A program made the translations under genes and the position numbers. A stretch of 64,000 nucleotides of DNA from Candidatus Moraniibacteriota bacterium (GTDB lineage Bacteria; Patescibacteriota; Minisyncoccia; Moranbacterales; DUUL01). A model generated the notes under the pieces. That model searched no databases. It was not told the DNA's origin and saw only the letters and a list, made by a program, of their open reading frames with translations. The stretch spans positions 3,889 through 67,888 of the forward strand of contig JALVDV010000001.1 of NCBI GenBank assembly GCA_027008775.1, written 5' to 3'. Shown here in pieces: positions 28,709 to 39,159 of this stretch (its first letter is position 1; the number at the start of each line of letters is the position of its first letter).

Positions 28709-30202
28709 ATGAACAACAAAGATTACATTATTGAAGAATTAAAGAAACAGATTCAAGGAATCAAAAGAGATAGTCAAGAAAAAAAAGTTGGTACGGTCTT
28801 GGAAGTAGGTGACGGAATTGCCAAAATCTCCGGTCTTTCCGACTTAATGTCTTCGGAAATGGTTGTTTTTCCCGACGAAACGATGGGAGTGGTCCTAAAT
28901 TTGGAAGAAGAAAACGCCGGTATAATGATTCTTGGTGATGACAAGAATATCAAAGAAGGCGATGAAGTGCGAGCCACCGGCAAAATTCTCTCTATTCCGG
29001 TTAGTGAAAAAATGATTGGTCGGGTGGTTAATCCCTTGGGGCAGACTATAGATGGACAAGGTGAAATTGAAGCGGAAAAATTTTATCCTATTGAAAGAAA
29101 AGCGCCGGGAGTAATTGAAAGAAAATCGGTTGATCAACCTTTGCAAACCGGTATCAAAGCCATTGACGCTTTGATTCCCATCGGTCGTGGCCAGAGAGAA
29201 TTGATTATCGGCGACCGTCAAACCGGAAAGACTGCTGTGGCCATTGACACCATTATCAATCAAGCCGATCAAGACATTGTTTGCATTTATGTGGCCATCG
29301 GTCAAAAGGAGTCCAAAATAGCCCGAACGGTCAGCGAATTGGAAAAAAGAGGCGCTATGGAGCACACGATTATTGTTACTGCCGGCGCCGCCGAATCGGC
29401 CGCCTATTCTTACATTGCCCCCTATGCCGGCACAGCCATCGCCGAATATTTTATGGATCAAGGCAAAGACGCTCTCATTGTTTACGACGATCTCAGCAAA
29501 CACGCCTGGGCTTACCGACAGATTTCTTTAATTCTTCGTCGTCCTCCGGGACGGGAGGCTTACCCGGGAGATATTTTTTACGCTCACTCTCGCTTACTGG
29601 AAAGAAGCGCCAAACGAAATGAAGAAGCTGGCGGTGGCTCCATTACAGGTTTGCCTATCATAGAAACCCAAGCCGGCGATGTTTCCGCTTATATTCCAAC
29701 CAACGTCATTTCTATCACTGACGGTCAAATTTATTTGGAATCAGATTTATTTTACAAGGGTGTACGACCAGCTCTCAACGTTGGTTTGTCTGTTTCCCGG
29801 GTCGGTTCAGCCGCTCAAATCAAAGCGATGAAAAAAGTAGCCGGCACTCTCAGATTGGATTTGGCGCAATTCCGCGAATTGGAAGCTTTCGCCCAATTCG
29901 GTTCCGACCTAGACGAAGCCACCAAGAAGAAAATTGAACGCGGTAAACGCACAGTGGAAATACTCAAACAAAGACAATTTGAGCCAATGAGTGTGGAAAA
30001 TCAAGTTGTTATTTTGTACGCTCTAACCAAGGGTTATTTAGATGAAATTCCGGTCAAAGATATAATTAAATGGGAAGAAGAATTTAACAAATACATCAAC
30101 GCTTCTCACCGGGAAATTTTGGAGGAGATCAAAGAAAAGGGCGATCTAACCGAGGAATTGGAGAAAAAATTACAAAAGGCGATTGAGGAATTTAAATTAT
30201 AG
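28709..30202 (+). CDS. atpA: ATP synthase F1 subunit alpha
   Basis: [25 protein letters not shown]. Confidence 0.99.
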   Translation: MNNKDYIIEELKKQIQGIKRDSQEKKVGTVLEVGDGIAKISGLSDLMSSEMVVFPDETMGVVLNLEEENAGIMILGDDKNIKEGDEVRATGKILSIPVSEKMIGRVVNPLGQTIDGQGEIEAEKFYPIERKAPGVIERKSVDQPLQTGIKAIDALIPIGRGQRELIIGDRQTGKTAVAIDTIINQADQDIVCIYVAIGQKESKIARTVSELEKRGAMEHTIIVTAGAAESAAYSYIAPYAGTAIAEYFMDQGKDALIVYDDLSKHAWAYRQISLILRRPPGREAYPGDIFYAHSRLLERSAKRNEEAGGGSITGLPIIETQAGDVSAYIPTNVISITDGQIYLESDLFYKGVRPALNVGLSVSRVGSAAQIKAMKKVAGTLRLDLAQFRELEAFAQFGSDLDEATKKKIERGKRTVEILKQRQFEPMSVENQVVILYALTKGYLDEIPVKDIIKWEEEFNKYINASHREILEEIKEKGDLTEELEKKLQKAIEEFKL

Positions 30203-30238
30203 AAATAATTAGTAGTGCTCATTCAACAGTTTATAGGA

Positions 30239-30269
30239 CTGCGAACCGAGTTCTGATAACCGATAACTA
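30239..30269 (+). repeat. Orphan right-arm heptamer element before atpG
   Basis: CTGCGAACCGAGTTCTGATAACCGATAACTA pairs with 27109-27139 at 27 of 31 positions. Confidence 0.75.
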
Positions 30270-30274
30270 AAAAC

Positions 30275-31231
30275 ATGGCAAACCTAAAAGACATTCGCAG
30301 ACGAATAAAATCAATAAATAATACCGCCAAAATTACGCGGGCGATGGAAATGGTTTCCGCTGCCAAGATGCGCAGGGCTACGGAGGCGGCTTTGGCTATT
30401 CGCGATTATGCCCGCGCCGCTTGGGACATTCTCACCAATCTTTCCCGCGCTTTTGAAAATTACAACTACGGGCTTCTAGAAGTTAGACCGGTGGAAAAAG
30501 TTTTGATGGTGGTTATAACTTCCAACCGCGGTTTGTGTGGCTCTTTCAATTCTCAAATTCTCAAAAAAATCAGGGAGCAACTGGAAAACCCTCGGAGTTT
30601 GGCCATTAACAGAGTTGGTGATAAAAAGATTGAATCACCCGGCAATAAAAAACCGGACATAGACTTTATTGCCGTCGGTCGCAAAGGAGAAAGTTTATTG
30701 AGAAAACTAAATAGAAATATAATTGCCACTTTTCCCGAATTAACCTATTTACCCAAAATAGAAACAGTTCGCCCTCTGGCCAGAATTATTATTGACGAAT
30801 ATTTGCAAAAAAACTACGACAAGGTGGTAATAGTTTATACCGATTTTGTTTCTCCCTTATTGCAAGAAGCTAAAATCCGACAGTTGTTACCTGTTTCCAA
30901 ATTAGATCTGGAAAAGCAAATAGCTGATATTGAAGGTTCTTCCCGAGAGAAAACAAGAGAGAAGAAATTTATTGTGGAATACAAAGTGGAACCAAGTCCA
31001 CGCAAAGTTTTAACGCACATCTTCCCTCGCCTGATTGAAATGCAGATTTACCACGCTATTCTGGAATCCAACGCTTCCAAAGAATCCGCTCGGATGATGG
31101 CTATGCGTAATGCTACTGATGCCGCCAAGGAAATCGCCGAGGATTTAACCTTGACCCACAATAAAATCAGACAGATGAAAATCACCCAAGAAATATCTGA
31201 AATTTCCGCCGGACGAGTGGCTTTGGAGTAG
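30275..31231 (+). CDS. atpG: ATP synthase F1 subunit gamma
   Basis: KITRAMEMVSAAK, RGLCGSFN, ARMMAMRNATD, ITQEISEI. Confidence 0.98.
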   Translation: MANLKDIRRRIKSINNTAKITRAMEMVSAAKMRRATEAALAIRDYARAAWDILTNLSRAFENYNYGLLEVRPVEKVLMVVITSNRGLCGSFNSQILKKIREQLENPRSLAINRVGDKKIESPGNKKPDIDFIAVGRKGESLLRKLNRNIIATFPELTYLPKIETVRPLARIIIDEYLQKNYDKVVIVYTDFVSPLLQEAKIRQLLPVSKLDLEKQIADIEGSSREKTREKKFIVEYKVEPSPRKVLTHIFPRLIEMQIYHAILESNASKESARMMAMRNATDAAKEIAEDLTLTHNKIRQMKITQEISEISAGRVALE

Positions 31232-31364
31232 AGTTTTGTTTATAAGCTAATTTTTTTTTAATTTTAAGCATGCCAAAAACATGTCCAAAGAAAATTATGA
31301 GCCTATCATCTCCGTGAAGAGTAAATATTTCATCGTTATTTTTTCTAATTTTTCTTATCAGCAT
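31182..31364 (-). CDS. Possible small antisense ORF (60 aa) overlapping the atpG 3' end
   Basis: Preceded by AAGGAGG (reverse complement of CCTCCTT near 31370); no recognisable motif. Confidence 0.3.
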   Translation of the reverse strand: MLIRKIRKNNDEIFTLHGDDRLIIFFGHVFGMLKIKKKLAYKQNSTPKPLVRRKFQIFLG

Positions 31365-31456
31365 ATATTCCTCCTTTTTAAGTTACTATTTCCTGCAGAA
31401 TTGTTCTGCCAGATGTCAAATCGTATCAGAAGAATAAGTCAAGAGCGAAGCTGGAT

Positions 31457-31515
31457 TTGACAAGCAATAAAGTAAGAATTATACTAAAAGTAAGATTAAT
31501 ATAATTAGTAAGAAT
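31457..31515 (+). promoter_or_regulatory. TA operon promoter with putative autoregulatory direct repeats
   Basis: TTGACA-17-TATACT (31457-31485); AGTAAGA occurs three times across the -10 region and leader. Confidence 0.65.
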
Positions 31516-31521
31516 AAAATT

Positions 31522-31827
31522 ATGTCTAAAACACATAAAACAAAAGAAGAAATTATAGAAACCTATTCGGCGCGGGTTTCTAGCAAGGGGCAAGTGGTTT
31601 TACCAAAAACTCTTAGAGAAGAACTGGCTATTCTTCCAGGCACATTGATTAGTTTTAATGTTTTTCGTAATGCTAGAAGTAAAAAAATTAGGGATGTAAA
31701 AATGAAAAAGGAAATGAATTTAGTTGAATTAGTTAAATCAGGTCATTTCCCTTCGCCCCGAAAAAATAAAGGAGTTGATCCTGTGAAAGCTAGAGAATAT
31801 ATGGAAAAAAACTATGAAAGAAACTAA
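31522..31827 (+). CDS. AbrB/MazE/SpoVT-family antitoxin
   Basis: ARVSSKGQVVLPK.LREEL.I.PG. Confidence 0.88.
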   Translation: MSKTHKTKEEIIETYSARVSSKGQVVLPKTLREELAILPGTLISFNVFRNARSKKIRDVKMKKEMNLVELVKSGHFPSPRKNKGVDPVKAREYMEKNYERN

Positions 31828-32266
31828 AAAATTATTTATTGATACTAATATTTTTGTTAGAGCATTGACTAATGATAATAAAAAATTGTCTGTGGAAGCG
31901 ATTGATTTTTTAGATTTTGCCAATAAAACAACAAATGTAAAAAGTTATACTTCTGTAGTGGTTTTAATGGAAATAGGGTGGGTATTAAGTTCTTTTTATG
32001 GATACAATAAAAGTGAAATTATTTTGGCATTATCGTCTATAGAAAAGATGACCGGCATTAAAATAAGCAATATTGAAATTAATTTTAAAAAGGGAATTAG
32101 GTATTTTAAAAAACATCATATCAAACTAGGTGATGCGATGATCGTGGCGGGAGATATTATTCAAAAAGAAAAAGCAATTATTGTTTCTTATGATAAAGAT
32201 TTTGACAAAATTAAAGAAGTGGTTAGAATGACACCGAGGGAAGTTTTGAAAAAATTTAAAAGATAG
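31814..32266 (+). CDS. PIN-domain (VapC-like) toxin
   Basis: FIDTNIF, E..WVL, GDAMI.A, SYDKDFD; overlaps the antitoxin. Confidence 0.9.
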   Translation: MKETKKLFIDTNIFVRALTNDNKKLSVEAIDFLDFANKTTNVKSYTSVVVLMEIGWVLSSFYGYNKSEIILALSSIEKMTGIKISNIEINFKKGIRYFKKHHIKLGDAMIVAGDIIQKEKAIIVSYDKDFDKIKEVVRMTPREVLKKFKR

Positions 32267-32272
32267 ATTGAA

Positions 32273-32332
32273 GATTTATGATTTATGATTTACGATTTAA
32301 GAAAATATATTGTAAATTGTGGATTGTAAGTT
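32273..32332 (+). repeat. Heptamer-repeat hairpin (GATTTAT)n / (TTGTAAA)n-like
   Basis: 32273-32295 pairs with 32310-32332 at all 23 positions if G-U is allowed. Confidence 0.7.
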
Positions 32333-32503
32333 CTAATTAAAATTCTAGACAGGCGAATGCCTGGTTGAACATTAAACATTGAATTAAAATTTAAAATTTA
32401 CAAATTAAAATTTTTGTAAAGAAGTATATTGAAAATTTAATAACGAATACTTTTAGGAAACAAAATTGTTTCTAAAAAAAATAGAAAAGGAGGAAGGTTG
32501 GTT

Positions 32504-32741
32504 ATGGGAAAAGAAAAAAGCTATAAATGGTGTAATAATTATTACTCCAATTGTTCAGGATAAGGAGGACTGTAGTTATTCTATTTCCGTGTACGACAGA
32601 AGATTTAACGTGTGCACTTTCGAGATAAGTCTCGCACACGTAGGTGTCAAGGTAGATATTCCAACTGCCATTATCTATGCCCAGAGAGTTTTACAGACCA
32701 TTCTCGTTTCCCGTTTCCTAAAAGTATTGGTTAGATTGTAA
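32504..32741 (+). pseudogene. Possible frameshifted small hypothetical gene
   Basis: AAGGAGG plus ATG 32504 is out of frame with the open frame 32466..32741; removing one A from the A6 run gives MGKEKAING... Confidence 0.3.
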
Positions 32742-32771
32742 TAAAAAATTAACGAATTATTATTTAATTAA

Positions 32772-34188
<1,417 letters not shown>

Positions 34189-34271
34189 TACGGAAAAATG
34201 ACTAGCAACAAGGGATCGATCATGAATAACGAGGAGTAGATAACAAATAAGGAGGGAACAATGATAAAAAC

Positions 34272-34628
34272 ATGGAAAAAAGTGTGTTAAAAAAGAAGGC
34301 AGATAAATTAGCACATCTTGGCTATGACTTAACTTTTAAATTTCCGAAAAATGAATTGTTTTGCTTGACATCCCAAGTTAGGAGAGCTCTTCTGTCTGTT
34401 CCGTCTAATATAGTTGAAGGGTATTCTAGAAATAAAAAGAAAGTGTTTGTTAATCATTTAGAAATAGCGTATGGTTCTTTAGCTGAAGCAAAATACCAAA
34501 TGAATTTTGCCTGTAAAAGAAATTATATACCCAAACGAGACTATTTGAAATTTCATGCTTTAGCCGAAGAAGTCAGTAAAATGTTGTGGGCGAGCATAAA
34601 TACATTAACAAAAGTTAAAAGTAATTAG
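34272..34628 (+). CDS. Four-helix-bundle protein (23S rRNA IVP family), second copy
   Basis: FPKNELF.LTSQVRRA.LSVPSNIVEGY.R, F..HL.IAYGSL.E..YQ. Confidence 0.93.
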   Translation: MEKSVLKKKADKLAHLGYDLTFKFPKNELFCLTSQVRRALLSVPSNIVEGYSRNKKKVFVNHLEIAYGSLAEAKYQMNFACKRNYIPKRDYLKFHALAEEVSKMLWASINTLTKVKSN

Positions 34629-34652
34629 TGGACAAATGCAATGATTAGTGTA

Positions 34653-34687
34653 TTACTGTTCATTGTCTATTGTTCATTGCTCACTGA
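34653..34687 (+). repeat. Heptamer repeat (TCATTGT)n-like, right arm of cassette 2
   Basis: TTACTGT-TCATTGT-CTATTGT-TCATTGC-TCACTGA, immediately before atpC ATG 34689. Confidence 0.75.
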
Positions 34688-34688
34688 T

Positions 34689-35126
34689 ATGAATATTAAA
34701 TTTAAAATAGTTACTCCGGAAAGAACTGTTCTGGAACAAGAAATAACTCAAGCCACTATTCCCACAGTGGTAGGTGAGATAACCATTCTACCAAATCACC
34801 GCTCCTACATTGCCGGTCTTAAACCGGGAGAAATTCTGGTAAAATGTTTGGAGCAAGGGAAAACCAAGGATTGTGCCCTGGCGGTTTCCGGCGGTTTTGT
34901 GGAATTTCATAACAATGAACTAACAATCTTGGCTGATACCGCCGAGCGAGCGGAAGAACTTGATTTGAAACGAGCCGAAGAGGCCAGAAAACGGGCCGAG
35001 GAATTGAAAAAACGCAAAATTACCGACGAAAAAGAGTATGCTACTGTTTTGGCTCAACTGGAGAAAGAACTGGCCAGAATCAAAGTGGCTAAAAAGTGGC
35101 GCAAATTGCGACCACGTCTAAAATAA
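34689..35126 (+). CDS. atpC: ATP synthase F1 subunit epsilon (ATG 34689)
   Basis: KIVTPER, GEITILPNH, VSGGFVE, LADTAERAEELD..RAEEA. Confidence 0.96.
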   Translation: MNIKFKIVTPERTVLEQEITQATIPTVVGEITILPNHRSYIAGLKPGEILVKCLEQGKTKDCALAVSGGFVEFHNNELTILADTAERAEELDLKRAEEARKRAEELKKRKITDEKEYATVLAQLEKELARIKVAKKWRKLRPRLK

Positions 35127-35156
35127 TAACCCTGCTAATAATTCAACAAAAAAAAT

Positions 35157-35822
35157 ATGTCTGAAAAAATAAACAACAATGTTGAAAATACGAAGGATGT
35201 TTTTGAAAGATTGGGACAAAAAACTTTTGCTGAATGGAACGAATCACTCCAATCCAAAAATCCCGAAGTGGTGGCAGGCAAGTACAATGAAGAAGGAGAA
35301 TTATTTGGCACCGTTTCCAATAAAATCAGACACGGTCGCCAAGAAATTGCCGAATATTTCCAACATTTTTTGGCTGGCAGTCCCGTCGGAGAATTGAAAA
35401 CTTCAAAAATTATTCCTATTGACTCCAAAACATTTTTAATGGGCGGAGAATATGTCTTTGAACTGGACGACAAAGAAGGTGGTCGCAAAAAAGTTACAGC
35501 CGATTATACTTTTGTTTGGCAAAAAGAAGCTGATGGCCAGTGGCGAATTCTTCACCATCATTCCGCCGCCAAATCAGACAAAGAAATCACCGTGGACAAA
35601 GATTTGTTAATTAAGGACACCGCTGATTATCAAAAAGGTTTAGAAAAGAAACTTGGTGGAAACTTCTTTTTGAAAACTTTCTTTTTCAAAGATAAAAATG
35701 ACGGTTTGGAAAAACGAGTAACCCGACTTTATCAAACAACAGAAGACGAAGATGGTAATCGCGCAGCCGAGTTGATTTATCAACAAGTTTCCGAGAAACC
35801 GGATAACAGTAGCGGTGTTTAA
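35157..35822 (+). CDS. NTF2/SnoaL-like fold protein (SgcJ/EcaC, CaMKII association-like)
   Basis: W..SL....PE.V...Y, TVS...R, I.EYF.HFL, YTFVW..GQWRILHHHS. Confidence 0.75.
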   Translation: MSEKINNNVENTKDVFERLGQKTFAEWNESLQSKNPEVVAGKYNEEGELFGTVSNKIRHGRQEIAEYFQHFLAGSPVGELKTSKIIPIDSKTFLMGGEYVFELDDKEGGRKKVTADYTFVWQKEADGQWRILHHHSAAKSDKEITVDKDLLIKDTADYQKGLEKKLGGNFFLKTFFFKDKNDGLEKRVTRLYQTTEDEDGNRAAELIYQQVSEKPDNSSGV

Positions 35823-35861
35823 GTTCCATTCTTTCTAAAACTATATTTCTTCTAAAAGTAA

Positions 35862-36293
35862 ATGAAAATAAAAATTTTGACCGTTGGCCGACCAAAAAGC
35901 TCATTTATTCGGGTCGGCCTTGCTGATTATTTGACTCGTTTACAGAAATTTCGTCCGCTGGAAGTCAAACACTTTAAAGACAGCTCCAAGGATTTGGAAA
36001 TTTTAAAATTTATCAAAAATGACTTTTTAGTTATTCTTGACGAAAAAGGGCAAGAATTTTCCAGTCAATCTCTGGCAAAATTTCTTAACAAACAGGAAAT
36101 ATTCGGCCACAAAAACATTTCTTTCTTTATTGGTGGACCCGACGGGCACAGTCCGACAATTAAAGAACGAGCAAATTTTTCCTGGAGTTTAAGCAAACTG
36201 ACATTGCCCCACGAACTAGCCTTACTGGTCCTAACAGAGGCTTTGTATCGCGCTTATACTATCAACCAAAATCTTCCTTACCATCGCGCCTAA
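35862..36293 (+). CDS. rlmH: 23S rRNA pseudouridine-1915 methyltransferase RlmH
   Basis: LDEKGQEFSS, FFIGGPDG, LSKLTLPH, YRAYTI...PYHR. Confidence 0.95.
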   Translation: MKIKILTVGRPKSSFIRVGLADYLTRLQKFRPLEVKHFKDSSKDLEILKFIKNDFLVILDEKGQEFSSQSLAKFLNKQEIFGHKNISFFIGGPDGHSPTIKERANFSWSLSKLTLPHELALLVLTEALYRAYTINQNLPYHRA

Positions 36294-36334
36294 CTCTTGT
36301 TGCTTGTCCACTCCTCCTGTTATATAATGCCAAA

Positions 36335-36500
36335 GTAAGAACTCGCCTCGGGTTAATACTCAGTCGAACTTTCCGGATGGTATTTTCTATCTGATGTTTG
36401 ACACCTTGTTGATTGAAGAAGGAGTTAAACAGGCATCCGAAAGCAATATTCAGAAAACCTGTCAGACAAAGAATGTAAAAGGGCAATCCTAAATGATTTA
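36335..36500 (+). ncRNA. Candidate structured leader or ncRNA, family not recognised
   Basis: Follows TATAAT 36323-36328; nested stems CTTTC(C)GGATG/CATCCGAAAG and TGTTTGAC/GTTAAACA. Confidence 0.3.
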
Positions 36501-36521
36501 AAATAAAATTAAAAGACAAAA

Positions 36522-38555
36522 ATGCAAAAATTCTTTCAACCTCAATCAGTTGCCATCATTGGCGCTTCTCAAAACAAAGACAAAATCGGACATATTTTGG
36601 TTGATAATCTTCTCAGGCAAAAAAAGAAAATCAAAATCTTTCCCGTTAATCCCAAGCACCGGCGAATAGATGGTCTGCAATGCTTTCCCTCCGTTTTGGA
36701 CATAGTCGAACCGGTTGATCTAGCAGTCATAGCCGTTCCGGCGCCTTTGGTAAATCAAATTGTTCGGGAGTGTGCTTGGCGCGAAAAACCCATTAAAAAC
36801 ATCATCATCATTTCCGCCGGTTTTGGTGAGAGCGGAAAAGAAGGAAGAGAAAGAAAAAAAGAACTAAAAGAATTAATCACTGAATATGATTTGCGCGTTC
36901 TGGGACCGAATTGTTTGGGTGTGGCCAATCCTCCGCAAGAAATCAATTTAACTTTTGCCAAAAAAAATATCCCCGCCGGTAAAATTGGCTTAATTTCCCA
37001 GTCTGGCGCTCTAATAACCTCATTGATTGACCTGGCCGAAGAAAATAATTTCGGCTTTTCTCTGGTGGCTTCTCTGGGAAATAAAATAGATTTAAACGAA
37101 AATGATCTGTTGCAATATTTCCGTCAAGATAAAAACACTTCCGTTGTTATTCTTTATTTAGAAAGCATTGCTGACGGAAAAAGATTTGCCAAAGAATTAG
37201 CCAAAACAACAACCGTTAAGCCGGTTATTGTCATCAAAACCGGGCAGAACAAAAAAAGTCAGGCGGCTATTCGTTCGCACACCGGTTCTTTGGCCGGAGA
37301 GAATGCTGTTGTGGCCGAGGTCATTAAAGAGAATGGGGGGGGTATAATTGACAACATCCGAGACACTCTGATTCTGATTCGCCTTTTAAATTCTTTCCCT
37401 CCTCTGGCCACGGATAAAATAGTCATTGTCACCAACGCCGGCGGTCCCGGTGTTATCACTACAGATTTGTTGGAAAAATATAACTTGCCACTCTTGGAAC
37501 TAAAGGAAGAAATTGTAAAAAAACTGCGTAAAGTTTTGCCGACCGAAAGCTCCGTCACTAATCCGATTGATCTCTTGGGAGATGCTCTAGCAGACAGGTA
37601 TCAAAAAACCTTGGAGATTGTCAAATCAGTTTCAGACTTGGGAGGCATAATAGTCTTAGTTACTCCGCAAGCGCAAACACCAATTGAAGAAATCAGCCGG
37701 GTTATCATTAAGATTAGCCGGAAGAGCAAGATTCCGATTTTTCCGGTTGTCATTGGCGGAAAAGCAAGTCAAAGAGCCAAGCGAATTTTTCAGCGAGCCG
37801 ATCGGGATTGTTTCACTTTTCCCTTGAATTTAATCCAAAATCTGGCCCTTCTAAATAAAAATAAACTTGGCACACTTGGCGACCGCCGGAAAAAAGATTC
37901 TATCACCACCCCAAGCCAAACAGGCGGACAACTGCTAAGTTACAAAAAAAGTGTTGCCCTGGCGCAAAGCTTCGGCTTCAATATCATTCCCGCCCAAGAA
38001 ATCAAAGATGAAAAAGAACTAAAGCAACTAAGCCAAACCACAAATTTCCCGGTAGTTTTAAAAGTGGACAGTCCCAAAATAATCCACAAAAACAAAGAAG
38101 GAGCTGTTCTCACCGGTATCGCTTCTCCAGCGGAATTGATTTCCGCCTGGCAAGAACTGCAAGAGAAATTTCCCGGACAAACAATTATTGTTCAACCGCA
38201 AGTAAAAAAGGGTTTGGAAATTATCTTGGGAATGAAGAGAGATGTCCAATTTGGCCCGGTTATCATTATCGGTCTGGGCGGTATCAATACGGAAATATTT
38301 AACGAAAAAATAATTCTCGTCAACGATTTTTCTCCAAAAAAAATGCTTCAGAAATTACAAAACTCCAAGTTGGCTTTAATATTGCAAAAAGAAAAAATTG
38401 ACCCGGAAAAAATTGTTGCCGAAGCCGAAAAACTTGCTCGCCTGGCTCAGGAGAGAGAAGATATTATTGCGGTGGATATAAACCCAATCTTTTTTTACCC
38501 ACAAGAACCAGCCACCATAGTTGATTTTAAAATTTTTTTACAAAATAACAATTAA
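36522..38555 (+). CDS. Acetate--CoA ligase (ADP-forming) family, fused alpha/beta
   Basis: SVAIIGAS, GPNCLG, SQSGA, SHTGSLAG, TNAGGPG, NPIDLLGD, DINP. Confidence 0.9.
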   Translation: MQKFFQPQSVAIIGASQNKDKIGHILVDNLLRQKKKIKIFPVNPKHRRIDGLQCFPSVLDIVEPVDLAVIAVPAPLVNQIVRECAWREKPIKNIIIISAGFGESGKEGRERKKELKELITEYDLRVLGPNCLGVANPPQEINLTFAKKNIPAGKIGLISQSGALITSLIDLAEENNFGFSLVASLGNKIDLNENDLLQYFRQDKNTSVVILYLESIADGKRFAKELAKTTTVKPVIVIKTGQNKKSQAAIRSHTGSLAGENAVVAEVIKENGGGIIDNIRDTLILIRLLNSFPPLATDKIVIVTNAGGPGVITTDLLEKYNLPLLELKEEIVKKLRKVLPTESSVTNPIDLLGDALADRYQKTLEIVKSVSDLGGIIVLVTPQAQTPIEEISRVIIKISRKSKIPIFPVVIGGKASQRAKRIFQRADRDCFTFPLNLIQNLALLNKNKLGTLGDRRKKDSITTPSQTGGQLLSYKKSVALAQSFGFNIIPAQEIKDEKELKQLSQTTNFPVVLKVDSPKIIHKNKEGAVLTGIASPAELISAWQELQEKFPGQTIIVQPQVKKGLEIILGMKRDVQFGPVIIIGLGGINTEIFNEKIILVNDFSPKKMLQKLQNSKLALILQKEKIDPEKIVAEAEKLARLAQEREDIIAVDINPIFFYPQEPATIVDFKIFLQNNN

Positions 38556-38566
38556 AGAATCAGATT

Positions 38567-39145
38567 ATGCTCACAAATCTCAGCGCCACCAACAAAATAC
38601 TGATAGTGCAACCAGAAGCGGAAGTCAGGGAGATGCTCAAAGCTATTTTTGAAAAAAGCGGTTTTGAGGTTATTGAAGCCGAGGATGGCATTGATGCCTT
38701 GATGAAAGCCAAGAATGAAAGTATTGATGTGATTCTCACCGCATTGCATATGCCTCGCTTGGACGGCATCAGCCTAATCAAGAAAAAAAATGAAGATCCT
38801 TTTCTCAAGGATGTGCCTGTTGTCTTTTATGATACCGTTAGCAACGAAGAAGAAAAAGAGGAAATTCTCAAAGAAACCGGCGCCAAAGACTATTTGCCTC
38901 AAGGCGTTATTTCTCCGGAGGAAATTATTCAAAGAACATCCCGCGCCATCAAACAAGGGGATTATTATTTCAAGATAGATCCTTATGCTTTGGACGCCCA
39001 GGATTTTATTAATGATTTTCACTTGGGTAGCAATTTTAAATGTACCAATGACGGTTCTGATTTGGCTATCAAATTGCACATCAATAAAGATAAAACCATC
39101 ACCGCCAATATTGTTTGCCCGGTCTGTCACAAAAAATATCTCTAA
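38567..39145 (+). CDS. Atypical receiver-domain protein with C-terminal Cys cluster
   Basis: Receiver fold (GFEVIEAEDG, MPRLDG) but Ala at the phosphoacceptor position; C-terminal CTND..CPVC. Confidence 0.7.
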   Translation: MLTNLSATNKILIVQPEAEVREMLKAIFEKSGFEVIEAEDGIDALMKAKNESIDVILTALHMPRLDGISLIKKKNEDPFLKDVPVVFYDTVSNEEEKEEILKETGAKDYLPQGVISPEEIIQRTSRAIKQGDYYFKIDPYALDAQDFINDFHLGSNFKCTNDGSDLAIKLHINKDKTITANIVCPVCHKKYL

Positions 39146-39159
39146 AACCGCACGATAGC

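Noticed and set aside
32273-32411. CRISPR array
   Set aside because: Repeats are contiguous 7-mers without unique spacers, and no cas genes are present
34641-34688. Hydrophobic N-terminal extension of AtpC (MISVLLFIVYCSLLTD)
   Set aside because: It is the translation of the heptamer right arm; the AtpC-like sequence starts at ATG 34689
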